Assembly (NCBI GenBank): GCA_963708075.1
Contig: OY970194.1
Location: 3,872,001 to 3,936,000 of the forward strand
Reading direction: 5' to 3'
DNA: 64,000 nucleotides
Origin: Sedimentisphaerales bacterium
GTDB lineage: Bacteria; Planctomycetota; Phycisphaerae; Sedimentisphaerales; Anaerobacaceae
This document shows, one piece after another, positions 20,001 through 29,560 of the stretch (positions within the stretch are counted from its first letter, which is position 1; each line of letters begins with the position of its first letter). A program made the translations under genes and the position numbers. The notes under the pieces were generated by a model that searched no databases, was not told the origin of the DNA, and saw nothing but the letters and a program-made list of their open reading frames with translations.

Positions 20001-22505
20001 CGTGCTGGACGAAGGGGCCACGGTCGAAGGCAATACCTTCCGGCTGGACGATCCCACCGGCATCAGCGAGCTCGAGGTCCTGGGCACGGTCAACTCCTTC
20101 AAATCCAACACAATCTACGCCACAAACGACGACTGCCTGAAGATCAACCCCAAGGAGTTCCTCGCCAGAGCGCCAAGGAGAACCTGATTTACGTGACTCT
20201 CGTCGGCGGCCACGTGTTCGAGGTCCGCGGCAAGGATGAGAACGCCTCCGCGCCCGATAAGGAATCCTGCCTGGTCCCGGGGACGGACTGCCTCACGTAC
20301 TTCGACCTGACCCGGTGGAGCATCAACACCATGACCCTGCGCCAGGGTTCTGCGGTCGCGTTGACCAATCGCTCCCAGGACCAGCGGGGTCTGTTGACCC
20401 GCGAAGCGCTGTACGTGAAGACGCTTGTGCTGGAGCCCAACTCGGTTCTGAACCTGGCCTCCAATCGGCTGTACTGCGAGAACCTCATTCAGGATCCCAC
20501 GGCCCGAATTGTCAATGAGCCGCTGTTGGCGTGGTCACTGGGCCAGGTGGATTTCTCCGATCCCAACGGCCTTACCGAACAGGTCCAACCGAACAATGTC
20601 CAAGCCTCTGACGACCCGCAGTATACCCGGGTGCACGTAGAGCGGATCCTCGGCCTCCCTCCTGATCCGGGCGGGGTGATGCGAATGCGGAATCTGGAGG
20701 ACGTTGATCCGTGTTCTGCAACGCACGGCACGCTCGTAACCGCCCGGGCCAAAGTGGCATTCGACAGGTGTTATGAGAGTTCCGTCCTGGTCCGCTTCTC
20801 GTACTTGTTTGAGAATCCGGCCCCGGGGTTGGGGTTGGTAGCGTATCTCTGCGATATGCCGAACCTGCTGGGCTATAATGATCCGTTGCGAGAGAGGCAC
20901 TACCGGGAGATCGGCCGAGTGACGCCGCCTCCGGAGGGATCCCCCGGCTCTATCGGCAGTGGGCGGATGGCTATTTTCGAAGAGCGGGTCCCCACGGCAG
21001 GACTGAATCTGGTCAATGGCACATGGGTGGAATTGGAGCTCGTGGAAGCGCAGCCGCAGGTCTATGCAGCCGCCTCCTACGGAGGCCTCCACCTAGCAGC
21101 CGCCGGTGGAGGCGGCGGCTCCGCCAGTATCGGGATCCTAAAGGAAGAGATCCACTGCGAGGGCTTCTGCCTGGACCTCAACAGAAATCGCATCGCCGAC
21201 GAGGAGGACGCCTGGCTGGTGTATGTCGTTTCAGGCAGCCCTGTGGTCCTGGGCGACGGGGGTACAGGCATTGCCAGTTGTGTTGACGGCGTCTTCAGCA
21301 GTGATGGCTATGTCGATTTCTACGACACCTGTTCATGGGATTGGGCACTGAAGCACCTGAACTACGTGCAGTGCGGAAAACCGCGGTTGATACCTTTTTC
21401 CGACACGGTTTTCAGCGCAACGAATGGCGGGTATTCTGCCTCCAAGGTCTCCGCGGGGCTGAGACCCAGCAGTCCAGACCCTCTGCCGGAGGGATTGCTG
21501 ATCCTTGGCAAATCTCAGACGGATCTTCTGAGTGATTCCCTCTGCTTTTTCAACAGCGATCCGACACAAGCGGTGGACTACAGTCCACCCGGCTTGCCCG
21601 CTCGCGGCAATATCCGCATCGTGCCAAACCCGGCCAGGCAACTCTGCCTCCTCAATTCTGAACAAGGCGTGCTCCTGCTGGACAATCCGGCAAAGTCCCT
21701 CATTCCGCCCGGCAGGATCAGTATCGCCAGCGATCCACGCCACCATAAGTCGGCGACTGTCTGCGTCGGCGTTCAGACGGGAAGCTTGAGTTGCTTCGGC
21801 CGGCCCATCTTCGATCTGGCCTTCGGACCGGACGGGGACGCCTACGCCGTTCCCGTGGTCGTGCAGCCCCAGGGCCAGGAGGCCTATCTCGCGGCGGCCC
21901 GACTCAAGCTGCAAACTGGCGCCTCACTCCCTTATCAACTGGTCCAGCTCTATGACGATCCTCCACCGGCCACAGAGAGCCAGTTCCGCGACTGTTTGCG
22001 GGAGATCGAAGTCGATTCCGCCGAGAACATCTACGTGCTGAACGTCCATCGATTCAACGAGAACTGCATGCTCTGGAAGTATGCCTCCAACGGGACCGTA
22101 CTCGACCGAATCAGCCTGATGGACCCGAATGGCCCTGTGCAGGTGGAGGACCCGATTGGACTGCACATCTCGCGGGATGGGAAACTGCTCTACGTAGCTT
22201 CCGCCCAGCGTCATCCGGAGCACCCCGACAGCACGGTCTTCTATGGCTTCTTCACGGAGGATTTCTCGCTGGTCAGAACTATTGCCATTGCCGATATGCA
22301 GCAGGTGACTTCTCTGGCGGAAGCGGAAAATGGCATCCTCTGGGTGACCGGATTCAATATCCCCGACAGGCCGACGGCCGAGTCCTATGCCTGGCCGTGT
22401 CTGGCGAAGGTCTATCTCGCCGATGAGAACGTGCAGGCCACATACCTTTCCGGTCCCAATCTGACCATACCTATGTCAATGGTCTGGACGGGGCAAGTGA
22501 AATGA
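17098..22505 (+). CDS. ~1800-aa modular secreted protein (discoidin-like, InlB-B-like repeat, lectin-like, 2x Fn3-like, right-handed beta-helix, C-terminal EF-hand-like and beta-rich module); frameshift near 20165
   Basis: ORF 17083-20187 continues in the frame of ORF 19794-22505 (INPKEFL / SAKENLIYVTL). Signal peptide, two HDVY...YYWRIDEV...VWSF repeats, YDSIQEAID...GFTITNG...GGAI.C beta-helix. Confidence 0.75.
21117..22505 (+). repeat. Direct repeat copy 2 (contains 612 bp absent from copy 1)
   Basis: Matches 16296-17072 except for the extra segment between CCTGTGGTC (21240-21248) and CCCGTGGTC (21852-21860). Confidence 0.95.
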
Positions 22506-22545
22506 ACGACAATAGGAAAGTTCCCCTGATTCCGGAGTAAACGCG

Positions 22546-24090
22546 ATGGATGAGACAGCCCCGCTGCAATTTTCAGACGGCGGGCCGGACGGCCGCTCGC
22601 GTCAGATCAGCCCGCAGGTTACGTTCGAGGGCTATCAGATCCTGGAAGAGCTTACGCACGGCGGTCAGGCCGTGGTCTATAAAGCCCTGCATAAGGCGAC
22701 CAGGACAAAAGTGGCCCTCAAGGTCCTCCTGCCGGCGCTGACCGCTTCCGCAAAAGCCCGTCAGTACTTCCGGCAGGAAGTGGACCTCGCCGCCAGCCTC
22801 AGTCATCCGAACATCGTGACGATTCGAGACAGCGGTATTGCGCAGGGCCAGTACTACTTCGCCATGAACTATGTGCATGGCCAGCCGCTCGACCGACATG
22901 TGCTCGCTAAGAACCTGTCGCTCCGGGATAAGCTCATTCTGTTCGCCAAGATCTGCGACGCGATGACGCATGCCCATCAGCGAGGCGTCATTCACCGGGA
23001 CCTCAAGCCCTCCAATATCCTGGTCGATGAGCGAGACGAGCCACAGATCCTGGACTTCGGCCTGGCCAAGACCGCCGCCAATCTCAGCGCGGTTTCCGAC
23101 GGTGGGGTCATGCCGACCATCACCGGCCAGATCCAGGGCACTGTCGCATATATGTCCCCGGAACAGGCTGCCGGCCGGCCCGACCTCATGGACGTGCGAA
23201 CCGATGTCTATTCGCTCGGCGTGATCCTCTACGAGATGTGCACGGGCAAGCTACCATATGATGTGCATGGCTCGATCCTCGAGGCGCTGAAGACCATTCA
23301 GTGCACTGAGCCGGCAAGGCCCAGACAGATCCTCGGCCGGTTCAATTCGGATGTGGAGGCGATCATCCTGAAGTGCCTGGCGAAAGACCCCGACCAGAGA
23401 TATCAATCCGCCAGCGAGTTGAAGCAGGATGTGCAGCGATGGCTGGACGGACTGCCTATCGTCGCCAAATCCGTCAGCTCCATCTACGTGCTTCGGAAGA
23501 TCGTCTCCCGCCACAGGTATACCACCACGGTGGTCGGGCTGCTGCTGGTGATTGTAGCCGGTGTTGCCGCTTTCAGCCTGCAGTTCCATCACTTGCTGAG
23601 AAATACAAGAGGCGATCTGAAGAAAGCTGACGAGCGGTATGAGGCGATGTCCAGGCAAGTCCTCCAGATGACTCGCGACGGCACATTCCTCCGGTTCCTG
23701 GAGGCGTGGCGGCAAGGTGATCTTGACACGGCCCGGAAGATGGCCGTATACATGATCGATGATCAATCGAGGGGGAAGAAAAGTGCAATGTTCCTGCTGC
23801 GGTCTGCGATGGTCTCGGAAAGCGACGACAGCTTCCGGGACAGTCTCGGCAATGAAGAAAGATGGTTTGCCGACTTCGTGCTGGCCGAGAAATGCATGCG
23901 CGATGGGAAGTCCGAACAGGCCAGACAGTTGAGTAAGAGCAGTTATCAGGCCATGAGCCGCCGGTCCGGCACGAACGGGAGCCTGCCGGATAAGTTGTTC
24001 GAAGGATACATCAGGACCCGGCTTCTCGAAATCATGTTGTCCGGCCAGGAGCCGGAGATCACGGCTGCGGGGCAGCACGGAGGCGAATGA
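22546..24090 (+). CDS. Membrane-anchored Hanks-type Ser/Thr protein kinase
   Basis: [38 protein letters not shown], then one TM ([17 protein letters not shown]) and a short C-terminal domain. Confidence 0.95.
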   Translation: MDETAPLQFSDGGPDGRSRQISPQVTFEGYQILEELTHGGQAVVYKALHKATRTKVALKVLLPALTASAKARQYFRQEVDLAASLSHPNIVTIRDSGIAQGQYYFAMNYVHGQPLDRHVLAKNLSLRDKLILFAKICDAMTHAHQRGVIHRDLKPSNILVDERDEPQILDFGLAKTAANLSAVSDGGVMPTITGQIQGTVAYMSPEQAAGRPDLMDVRTDVYSLGVILYEMCTGKLPYDVHGSILEALKTIQCTEPARPRQILGRFNSDVEAIILKCLAKDPDQRYQSASELKQDVQRWLDGLPIVAKSVSSIYVLRKIVSRHRYTTTVVGLLLVIVAGVAAFSLQFHHLLRNTRGDLKKADERYEAMSRQVLQMTRDGTFLRFLEAWRQGDLDTARKMAVYMIDDQSRGKKSAMFLLRSAMVSESDDSFRDSLGNEERWFADFVLAEKCMRDGKSEQARQLSKSSYQAMSRRSGTNGSLPDKLFEGYIRTRLLEIMLSGQEPEITAAGQHGGE

Positions 24091-24920
24091 CAATGACAGC
24101 CGAAACACATGCCATGCACGCGAGAGCAAAGGCCTGCACAGGCTTCACCTTGATCGAGCTGCTCGTGGTGGTGGCCACGATCTCCCTGTTGCTGGCCCTT
24201 CTCCTCCCTGCACTGAACAGGGCCCGCGCCTGGAGCAGACAGACGGTCTGCACCGGCAATCTCAGACAACTCCACCTGGCCTGGCACAACTACCTGGTGG
24301 ACAGCAACAACCGCTTCTATCAACTGCCAAATGCAAACATGTACTATGGCGGATGGCACAGCAAGAAGGGCTGGTGGCCGCGAGTGCTCAACCCGTATGT
24401 CTTCGGGGAGGGGGCGAACAGCGTGACGGAGCAGAGCGCCAGGGTATTCTACTGTCCGGCGGATCGTGGCGGCGTTCCGGGCCTCTCTGCTTACGCGCAG
24501 GTGTATCACACGCATGGAACCAGCTATCAGACCAATCTGTTCCTGGTTGGTTCGCCGATCAATAATATCCCGTACAGCAAGTACACCCAGGAGCTGGACA
24601 ACGCGATCTTCGACCGACTGCCGAACCTTACGACTGACCGGGTGGCGGGACCGGCCCGTGTATTATTGATGGGCGACTATGGATGGGTCAATCAGTGGGA
24701 CCCCATGGATCCGGGCGAGGACCCCGGCACGGAGTTGAAGGAACTGGCAGAATGGCATGGCAGGACGGATTGTCACAACGTGGTTTTCCTGGACGGGCAT
24801 GCAAAGTACACGGAGATCCGGAAGGGAAGGTACGTTGACGATGAGTACTGCGTACTGCCCTTTCAGGAACTTCGGGGCATGGCGAATGACATCCAGCGCC
24901 AACATGAACAAGAAAAGTAG
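24087..24920 (+). CDS. Prepilin-type N-terminal methylation domain protein with H-X9-DG-like C-terminal motif (DUF1559-like)
   Basis: [41 protein letters not shown]...[12 protein letters not shown] overlap with the kinase stop. Confidence 0.9.
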   Translation: MTMTAETHAMHARAKACTGFTLIELLVVVATISLLLALLLPALNRARAWSRQTVCTGNLRQLHLAWHNYLVDSNNRFYQLPNANMYYGGWHSKKGWWPRVLNPYVFGEGANSVTEQSARVFYCPADRGGVPGLSAYAQVYHTHGTSYQTNLFLVGSPINNIPYSKYTQELDNAIFDRLPNLTTDRVAGPARVLLMGDYGWVNQWDPMDPGEDPGTELKELAEWHGRTDCHNVVFLDGHAKYTEIRKGRYVDDEYCVLPFQELRGMANDIQRQHEQEK

Positions 24921-24961
24921 AAGGTCCGCTGGGCCGAATCCGCCGACTGCCTATTGGTGAA

Positions 24962-26377
24962 TCACCGTTGCGGCGCTCCCTTCTTTCGTCCACCGGTCTT
25001 TTGTGTTGAGGCCTTCGGTTCCTCGCCTTTCTGGCCCGAAGGCACCGCGTTTTTGAGGAAAGCATCAAGGCGGGCGCGCATCTGTTTCACTTTCTCCGGT
25101 TGCGACACGGCAAGGTTCTTCGACTCACCGACGTCATCGGTGAGGTTATAGAGTTCCACCTTAGCCGTGACGCCGTCGCCACCGGGAGGAGTCTCTTCGG
25201 CGTTCTGTTCGCCGGCGTTGAGCAGGAGCTTCCAGTCGCCCATGCGGATGGCCGCCTTCGACGGCACAGTCCCGGCCAGCAGGATGGCATCGTGCGGCGA
25301 CCTCTCTCCTTTCGTGAGCATCGGCCATACATCGAGGCCATCGGGTGCGAACTTCTGCTCCCGCGAAGCCCCAGCGAGTCTCAGCAGCGTGGGATACCAG
25401 TCCACCGCGTGCATTCGCTCCCTGATGGTTGTGCCCGCCGGGACGTGGCCGGGCCACGTCGCAAACGCACATGCACGGAGGCCGCCTTCGTAGATGGTGC
25501 CCTTACCCGCGCGCAGCGGCGTATTCCTGGAAACCCTGCCCGGAGCCGGGCCGCCGTTGTCGCTGGAGAAAATGATAAGCGTGTTCTTCCGCAGGCCCTT
25601 CTCCTCGAGCGCTGTGGTGATCTGCCCGATGGCTTCGTCCACCACCGAAAGCATCGCCGCCATCGTCTGCCGATTACCGCTGAGATTCGGGAACGCCTTC
25701 TTGTATTCCGGCGGTACCTGGTACGGCGCGTGGACGCCGTTGAACGGAACGTAGAGAAACAGGGGTTTGTCGGTGGGTTGCTCGCGAATGAGCCGGCAGG
25801 CTTCCTTCGCGACCAGGTGCGTGGTGTAGCCCTCTTCCCGCAAGGGTTTGTCGTCGCGATACCAGTCGGGTTTGCCGTCGCGGACATGAGTGAAGTAGTC
25901 CAGGGCGCCGAACATGTGGCCGTATTGATGGTCAAAGCCGCGGCGCGTGGGCATGTACTCCGGCTGGAATTCGCCGAGATGCCACTTTCCGCAGATGGCC
26001 GTGGTGTAGCCCGCATCGCGCAGCGCCTGCGGCAACGTCCGCTCCTCCAATGGCAGCCCCCACGGCGCGCCTGGCCGCACGACCGTGTACACACCTGTGT
26101 GCGTCGCGTACCGGCCCGTCAACAGTGCCGCGCGCGTGGGCGAACACACCGGCTGCACATAGAACGATTCGAGCACCGCCCCTTCTTTCGCGAGCCGGTC
26201 GATGTTCGGCGTGCGAACGTCCTTGCTGCCCATGAAGCCGACGTCCGCATACCCGAGATCGTCTACAAGGAAATAGACAATGTTCGGCTTGGCACGCTGG
26301 GTTTGCGCGCTTAGTTCAGCGGCGAATGCCCCTGTGCCGCAGACGACGGCGATGGCGAACAAAACACTGTGTTTCAC
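24962..26377 (-). CDS. Arylsulfatase (S1 family, Cys-type)
   Basis: PNIVYFLVDDLG, CSPTR, GKWHLG, SSDNG, Sec signal. Start uncertain (GTG 26377 or 26398). Confidence 0.93.
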   Translation of the reverse strand: MKHSVLFAIAVVCGTGAFAAELSAQTQRAKPNIVYFLVDDLGYADVGFMGSKDVRTPNIDRLAKEGAVLESFYVQPVCSPTRAALLTGRYATHTGVYTVVRPGAPWGLPLEERTLPQALRDAGYTTAICGKWHLGEFQPEYMPTRRGFDHQYGHMFGALDYFTHVRDGKPDWYRDDKPLREEGYTTHLVAKEACRLIREQPTDKPLFLYVPFNGVHAPYQVPPEYKKAFPNLSGNRQTMAAMLSVVDEAIGQITTALEEKGLRKNTLIIFSSDNGGPAPGRVSRNTPLRAGKGTIYEGGLRACAFATWPGHVPAGTTIRERMHAVDWYPTLLRLAGASREQKFAPDGLDVWPMLTKGERSPHDAILLAGTVPSKAAIRMGDWKLLLNAGEQNAEETPPGGDGVTAKVELYNLTDDVGESKNLAVSQPEKVKQMRARLDAFLKNAVPSGQKGEEPKASTQKTGGRKKGAPQR

Positions 26378-26440
26378 GTTAACCCTTTCCACCGGCACAG
26401 CCGAATGTGTAGCGATCGCTTCGCTCCCTTTCTGACTGCA

Positions 26441-28000
26441 TCAACTCCGAGCAGTTTTCTCCGCCGGCTTGATAGTTTCCTCATGTGTGCGAGGCGAGTG
26501 TACGACGTTGATGCCGTACATCTGGCAAAACGCCTCGACGTCGCGCCGATGATTGCCGTAGAAGACGACCTGGTGGAATCCCAGGACATCGCGGCAATCC
26601 TCGATGCCATCCATCTGGATCTCCACGCTCGTCCGGCAGCCGCCGGCCGGGGGCGTGTTCACGTTGCCGACCACGGTGCCTGTATCGAGATAGAGCGCAT
26701 CGGGCTTGAAGAATTGCACGAGCGTCACCGGCTGGCCGACCGGCCAGAGGACCTGCGGCGAGACGCCCAGGCTCGACTCGGAGTGGCTGCGGAGGATATA
26801 GGGCGCGTGTTCCTTCTGTCGGCCGAGGCCGTAAATCCGCGTGCCGCTGACGCAATGGGCGGCAACCAGCACGTTCTTGACGGTCTCCGGCACGGGGTCA
26901 TTCATGAATCCCGGCTTGTCGAACAGGTAGCTCGTCAGCATGAGCGACACCGCCGGCCCGACCGCCGCCTCGCAGCCGTAGGTCACCCCCGCATCCTGGA
27001 AGATCGATGCCCCCATGCACGGCGGGGTCGGCACTTTCTTCTGCGTGACCATGCCCAGGCAGTCGGTCGTCAGCGCATTGCAGCCTTCGTTCTTGAGCAG
27101 TTGCTTTGCGGCAATGTACGACCGTGCGGCGTTCAGGCCATCCTGCTTCGTCGGCTCGATGACCTTCTCCGCCTCGCGGAATCGCTGATGCGCGACCCAC
27201 TCGGCCTCCTCGCTGACCGGCGTCTGACTGAACATCTCCTCGAAGGTCGCCCGGGGAACATGCTGGAGGCTCACGAAACCGAATTTGCCTTCCTTGCGCT
27301 CGTTACCGCTTACAACGAGCATTCTGGTTGCTTCGAGCTGCCGCTTCGCGCGGACCATGCGCAGCGCCTGCTCGATGGCTGGCGTCTCCAGCGATGAGAT
27401 GACGTGGACAGCGGGTTGAAAAGCCAGGCTGTTGATGTGTCCCGTGAAGGCGGTGCCGACCGGTGCAAAGACGATCGTGGGCACGCCGGCCTTGGCAATC
27501 TCGCTCGCCATGCCCCAGCTCTGCAGGTGCTGGAGCGTGACAAGGACGGCATCGGGCTTCTCGGCCTGCACTTTCTTGACGAACGAGGCGACGGCCGCAT
27601 TCTCCTCAAGAGGCTGCCCCTCCTGGAGGATTTCAACCCCGATGCGCTGGGCAGCATCGGCGGTTGCCTTGGCGTATCTTGCCCGCTCGCCTTCTACGTC
27701 ATACGAAGTGCCCGGCCAGCCGAGCCAATAGGGCGGTTTCTGGCGGGCGACCACGCTCATCACCCGGACCTTCGGTCGCGGCCGGAACGACGCCAGATCG
27801 ATTTCCTCGTTCGATTTGGGCGTGGTGTGGAGTGAAGGGGCGAAAGATTTTTCGCCCCTACTGGCACACCCCGTCGTCAGTGCCGCTGTGCAGACCGCTG
27901 CCGTGCCCAGAAAAGACCGCCTGGACATCGCGCAACAACTGCACGGATGCCTGTGAGCACTGGGGCTTTCATTCGATTTGAACTGACTGTTGCTGGACAT
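26441..28000 (-). CDS. Tat-signal protein, L-fucose/L-arabinose isomerase-like
   Basis: SRRSFLG Tat motif and motifs TDCL, PPC, GCEA, AHC, CRT, GFHQ resembling the FucI/AraA C-terminal family. Confidence 0.6.
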   Translation of the reverse strand: MSSNSQFKSNESPSAHRHPCSCCAMSRRSFLGTAAVCTAALTTGCASRGEKSFAPSLHTTPKSNEEIDLASFRPRPKVRVMSVVARQKPPYWLGWPGTSYDVEGERARYAKATADAAQRIGVEILQEGQPLEENAAVASFVKKVQAEKPDAVLVTLQHLQSWGMASEIAKAGVPTIVFAPVGTAFTGHINSLAFQPAVHVISSLETPAIEQALRMVRAKRQLEATRMLVVSGNERKEGKFGFVSLQHVPRATFEEMFSQTPVSEEAEWVAHQRFREAEKVIEPTKQDGLNAARSYIAAKQLLKNEGCNALTTDCLGMVTQKKVPTPPCMGASIFQDAGVTYGCEAAVGPAVSLMLTSYLFDKPGFMNDPVPETVKNVLVAAHCVSGTRIYGLGRQKEHAPYILRSHSESSLGVSPQVLWPVGQPVTLVQFFKPDALYLDTGTVVGNVNTPPAGGCRTSVEIQMDGIEDCRDVLGFHQVVFYGNHRRDVEAFCQMYGINVVHSPRTHEETIKPAEKTARS

Positions 28001-28177
28001 CGTTTTTCTCCTTCTCTATATTGCCGCCACAAAGCAACCGAATTTCCGTTTCCTGTGGAGCGCCTCCGTCGACGGAGCGAGTATAAACACTATTGGGACC
28101 TCTGGAAATACTTCTTCACGATCCACTCCGGCTGCCATTGGTCTGGAACGCGCTTTCGCCCGGTCAGATCAACGGCA

Positions 28178-29560
28178 TCAGGAGGTCTTGTTCTCGGTGG
28201 GCAGCGCCAGTGTGTCGCCGACCTTGGCCTGCCATTCGCTCATCAACTTGAGCAACCGCCGGACATGTTCCGCGTATTCCGCACGGTCGATCAGATTGGT
28301 TTTCTCGTCCGGATCGGTCTGCAGATCGAACAATTGCATGTGGCCGATCTTCGGGTAGCAGATCAGTTTCCAGCGTTCGTCCCGCACCGCGCGCTGGATA
28401 TTGATGTATGGCAGAAACACCGAATCGCGGACTCGGTCCTTCTTGCCCTCCCACAGGGGACGCAGGCTCTCGCCTTCCAGGTCCGCGGGAGGTTGAACCC
28501 CGATCAGATCACACAGGGTTGGGAAAACATCCAGCAGGTAGCTGAAGGCCTGCGTGGATTTGCCTTGCGGAATGCCGGGACCGACGAAGATCAGCGGGAC
28601 ACGCATGCTGTGCTCGAACACGCTCTGCTTGCCCAGCAGGCCGTGGCTGCCCAGGGCAAGTCCGTTGTCGGCGGCATAGATGATCAAGGTGTTGTCTGCC
28701 TGGCCGGTCTGTTTCAAGGCCTCCAGAATCCGCCCGATCTGCCCGTCCAGGTGCGTGATCATGCCATAGTATTCGGCCAGTTGGTCGCGAATGACGGCCT
28801 CGGTCCGCGGCCAGGCGGCCAGGTTCTCGTCGCGGCCGCCTTTCATCATGCCGTTGTCGAAGGGAAGCTGCGGAAGGAAGTTCGCGGGCAGCGGAGGCAG
28901 ATTCCGATAGTACATTTCCCGAAACGCCATCGGCGGCATCCGGGGATCATGCGGGGCGGTAAAGGCCACATAGGCAAAGAAGGGCTTTTTCCCATCCTGG
29001 TTTCGAAGGAACTCGATCGCGGCGTCCGCAAACAACTCGCTGGAGAACTTCTCGCCCGTGCGCACTTCGGTCAGCTTGCCGTCCGGGCCGAGGTCTCGGA
29101 CCGGCACCTTGGTGTGATCCGCCATGCCGCCGAAGAAGATGTTCTTCCCCTGCTGGAAGGCACGCAGCCAGGAGGGCTGGCCGTTGTGCCATTTGCCGGT
29201 GCCGAACGTCACGTAGCCGTTCTCCTGCAGCAGTTCCGGCAGCAGTTTGGCGCCTTTGAGGGACGCGGTATCCACGTGGAACCAGGTCTTGCCGCTCATC
29301 AGCATCGCCCGGCTGGGCACGCATACCGCACCGCTGTTGCCTCCAAAGCAGTAGTTGGTCCGGAAGCTGAAACCTGAGGCCACCAGCTTGTCTAGGTTCG
29401 GGGTCTTGATGTGCGGATTGCCCAGGGCTGCGATGGTGTCGGCGCGCTGGTCGTCGGCGAAAAGGAACAGGATATTGGGCTTCCCGGCGCCGCAGGCCAA
29501 GGGGCCGGAACAAGACACGACCAACAACAAGCTAATGACCCACTGGGTACGGCGTCTCAT
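28178..29560 (-). CDS. Sulfatase (choline-sulfatase-like, Cys-type)
   Basis: [33 protein letters not shown]. Confidence 0.93.
   Translation of the reverse strand: MRRRTQWVISLLLVVSCSGPLACGAGKPNILFLFADDQRADTIAALGNPHIKTPNLDKLVASGFSFRTNYCFGGNSGAVCVPSRAMLMSGKTWFHVDTASLKGAKLLPELLQENGYVTFGTGKWHNGQPSWLRAFQQGKNIFFGGMADHTKVPVRDLGPDGKLTEVRTGEKFSSELFADAAIEFLRNQDGKKPFFAYVAFTAPHDPRMPPMAFREMYYRNLPPLPANFLPQLPFDNGMMKGGRDENLAAWPRTEAVIRDQLAEYYGMITHLDGQIGRILEALKQTGQADNTLIIYAADNGLALGSHGLLGKQSVFEHSMRVPLIFVGPGIPQGKSTQAFSYLLDVFPTLCDLIGVQPPADLEGESLRPLWEGKKDRVRDSVFLPYINIQRAVRDERWKLICYPKIGHMQLFDLQTDPDEKTNLIDRAEYAEHVRRLLKLMSEWQAKVGDTLALPTENKTS

Noticed and set aside
19794..20160. N-terminal part of the 903-aa ORF as an independent gene start
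   Set aside because: Arg/Gly-rich off-frame sequence overlapping the upstream ORF, with no RBS or signal peptide. A frameshift explains it better.
20160..20187. Programmed ribosomal frameshift producing short and long forms of the giant protein
   Set aside because: No slippery heptamer is present, and similar indels occur throughout the window.
16296..22505. Diversity-generating retroelement template/variable repeat pair
   Set aside because: Differences between the copies are not adenine-specific, both copies are coding, and no reverse transcriptase is present.
9977..22505. JDVT-/PEP-/MYXO-CTERM sorting tails on neighbouring secreted proteins
   Set aside because: None has a C-terminal hydrophobic helix followed by basic residues.
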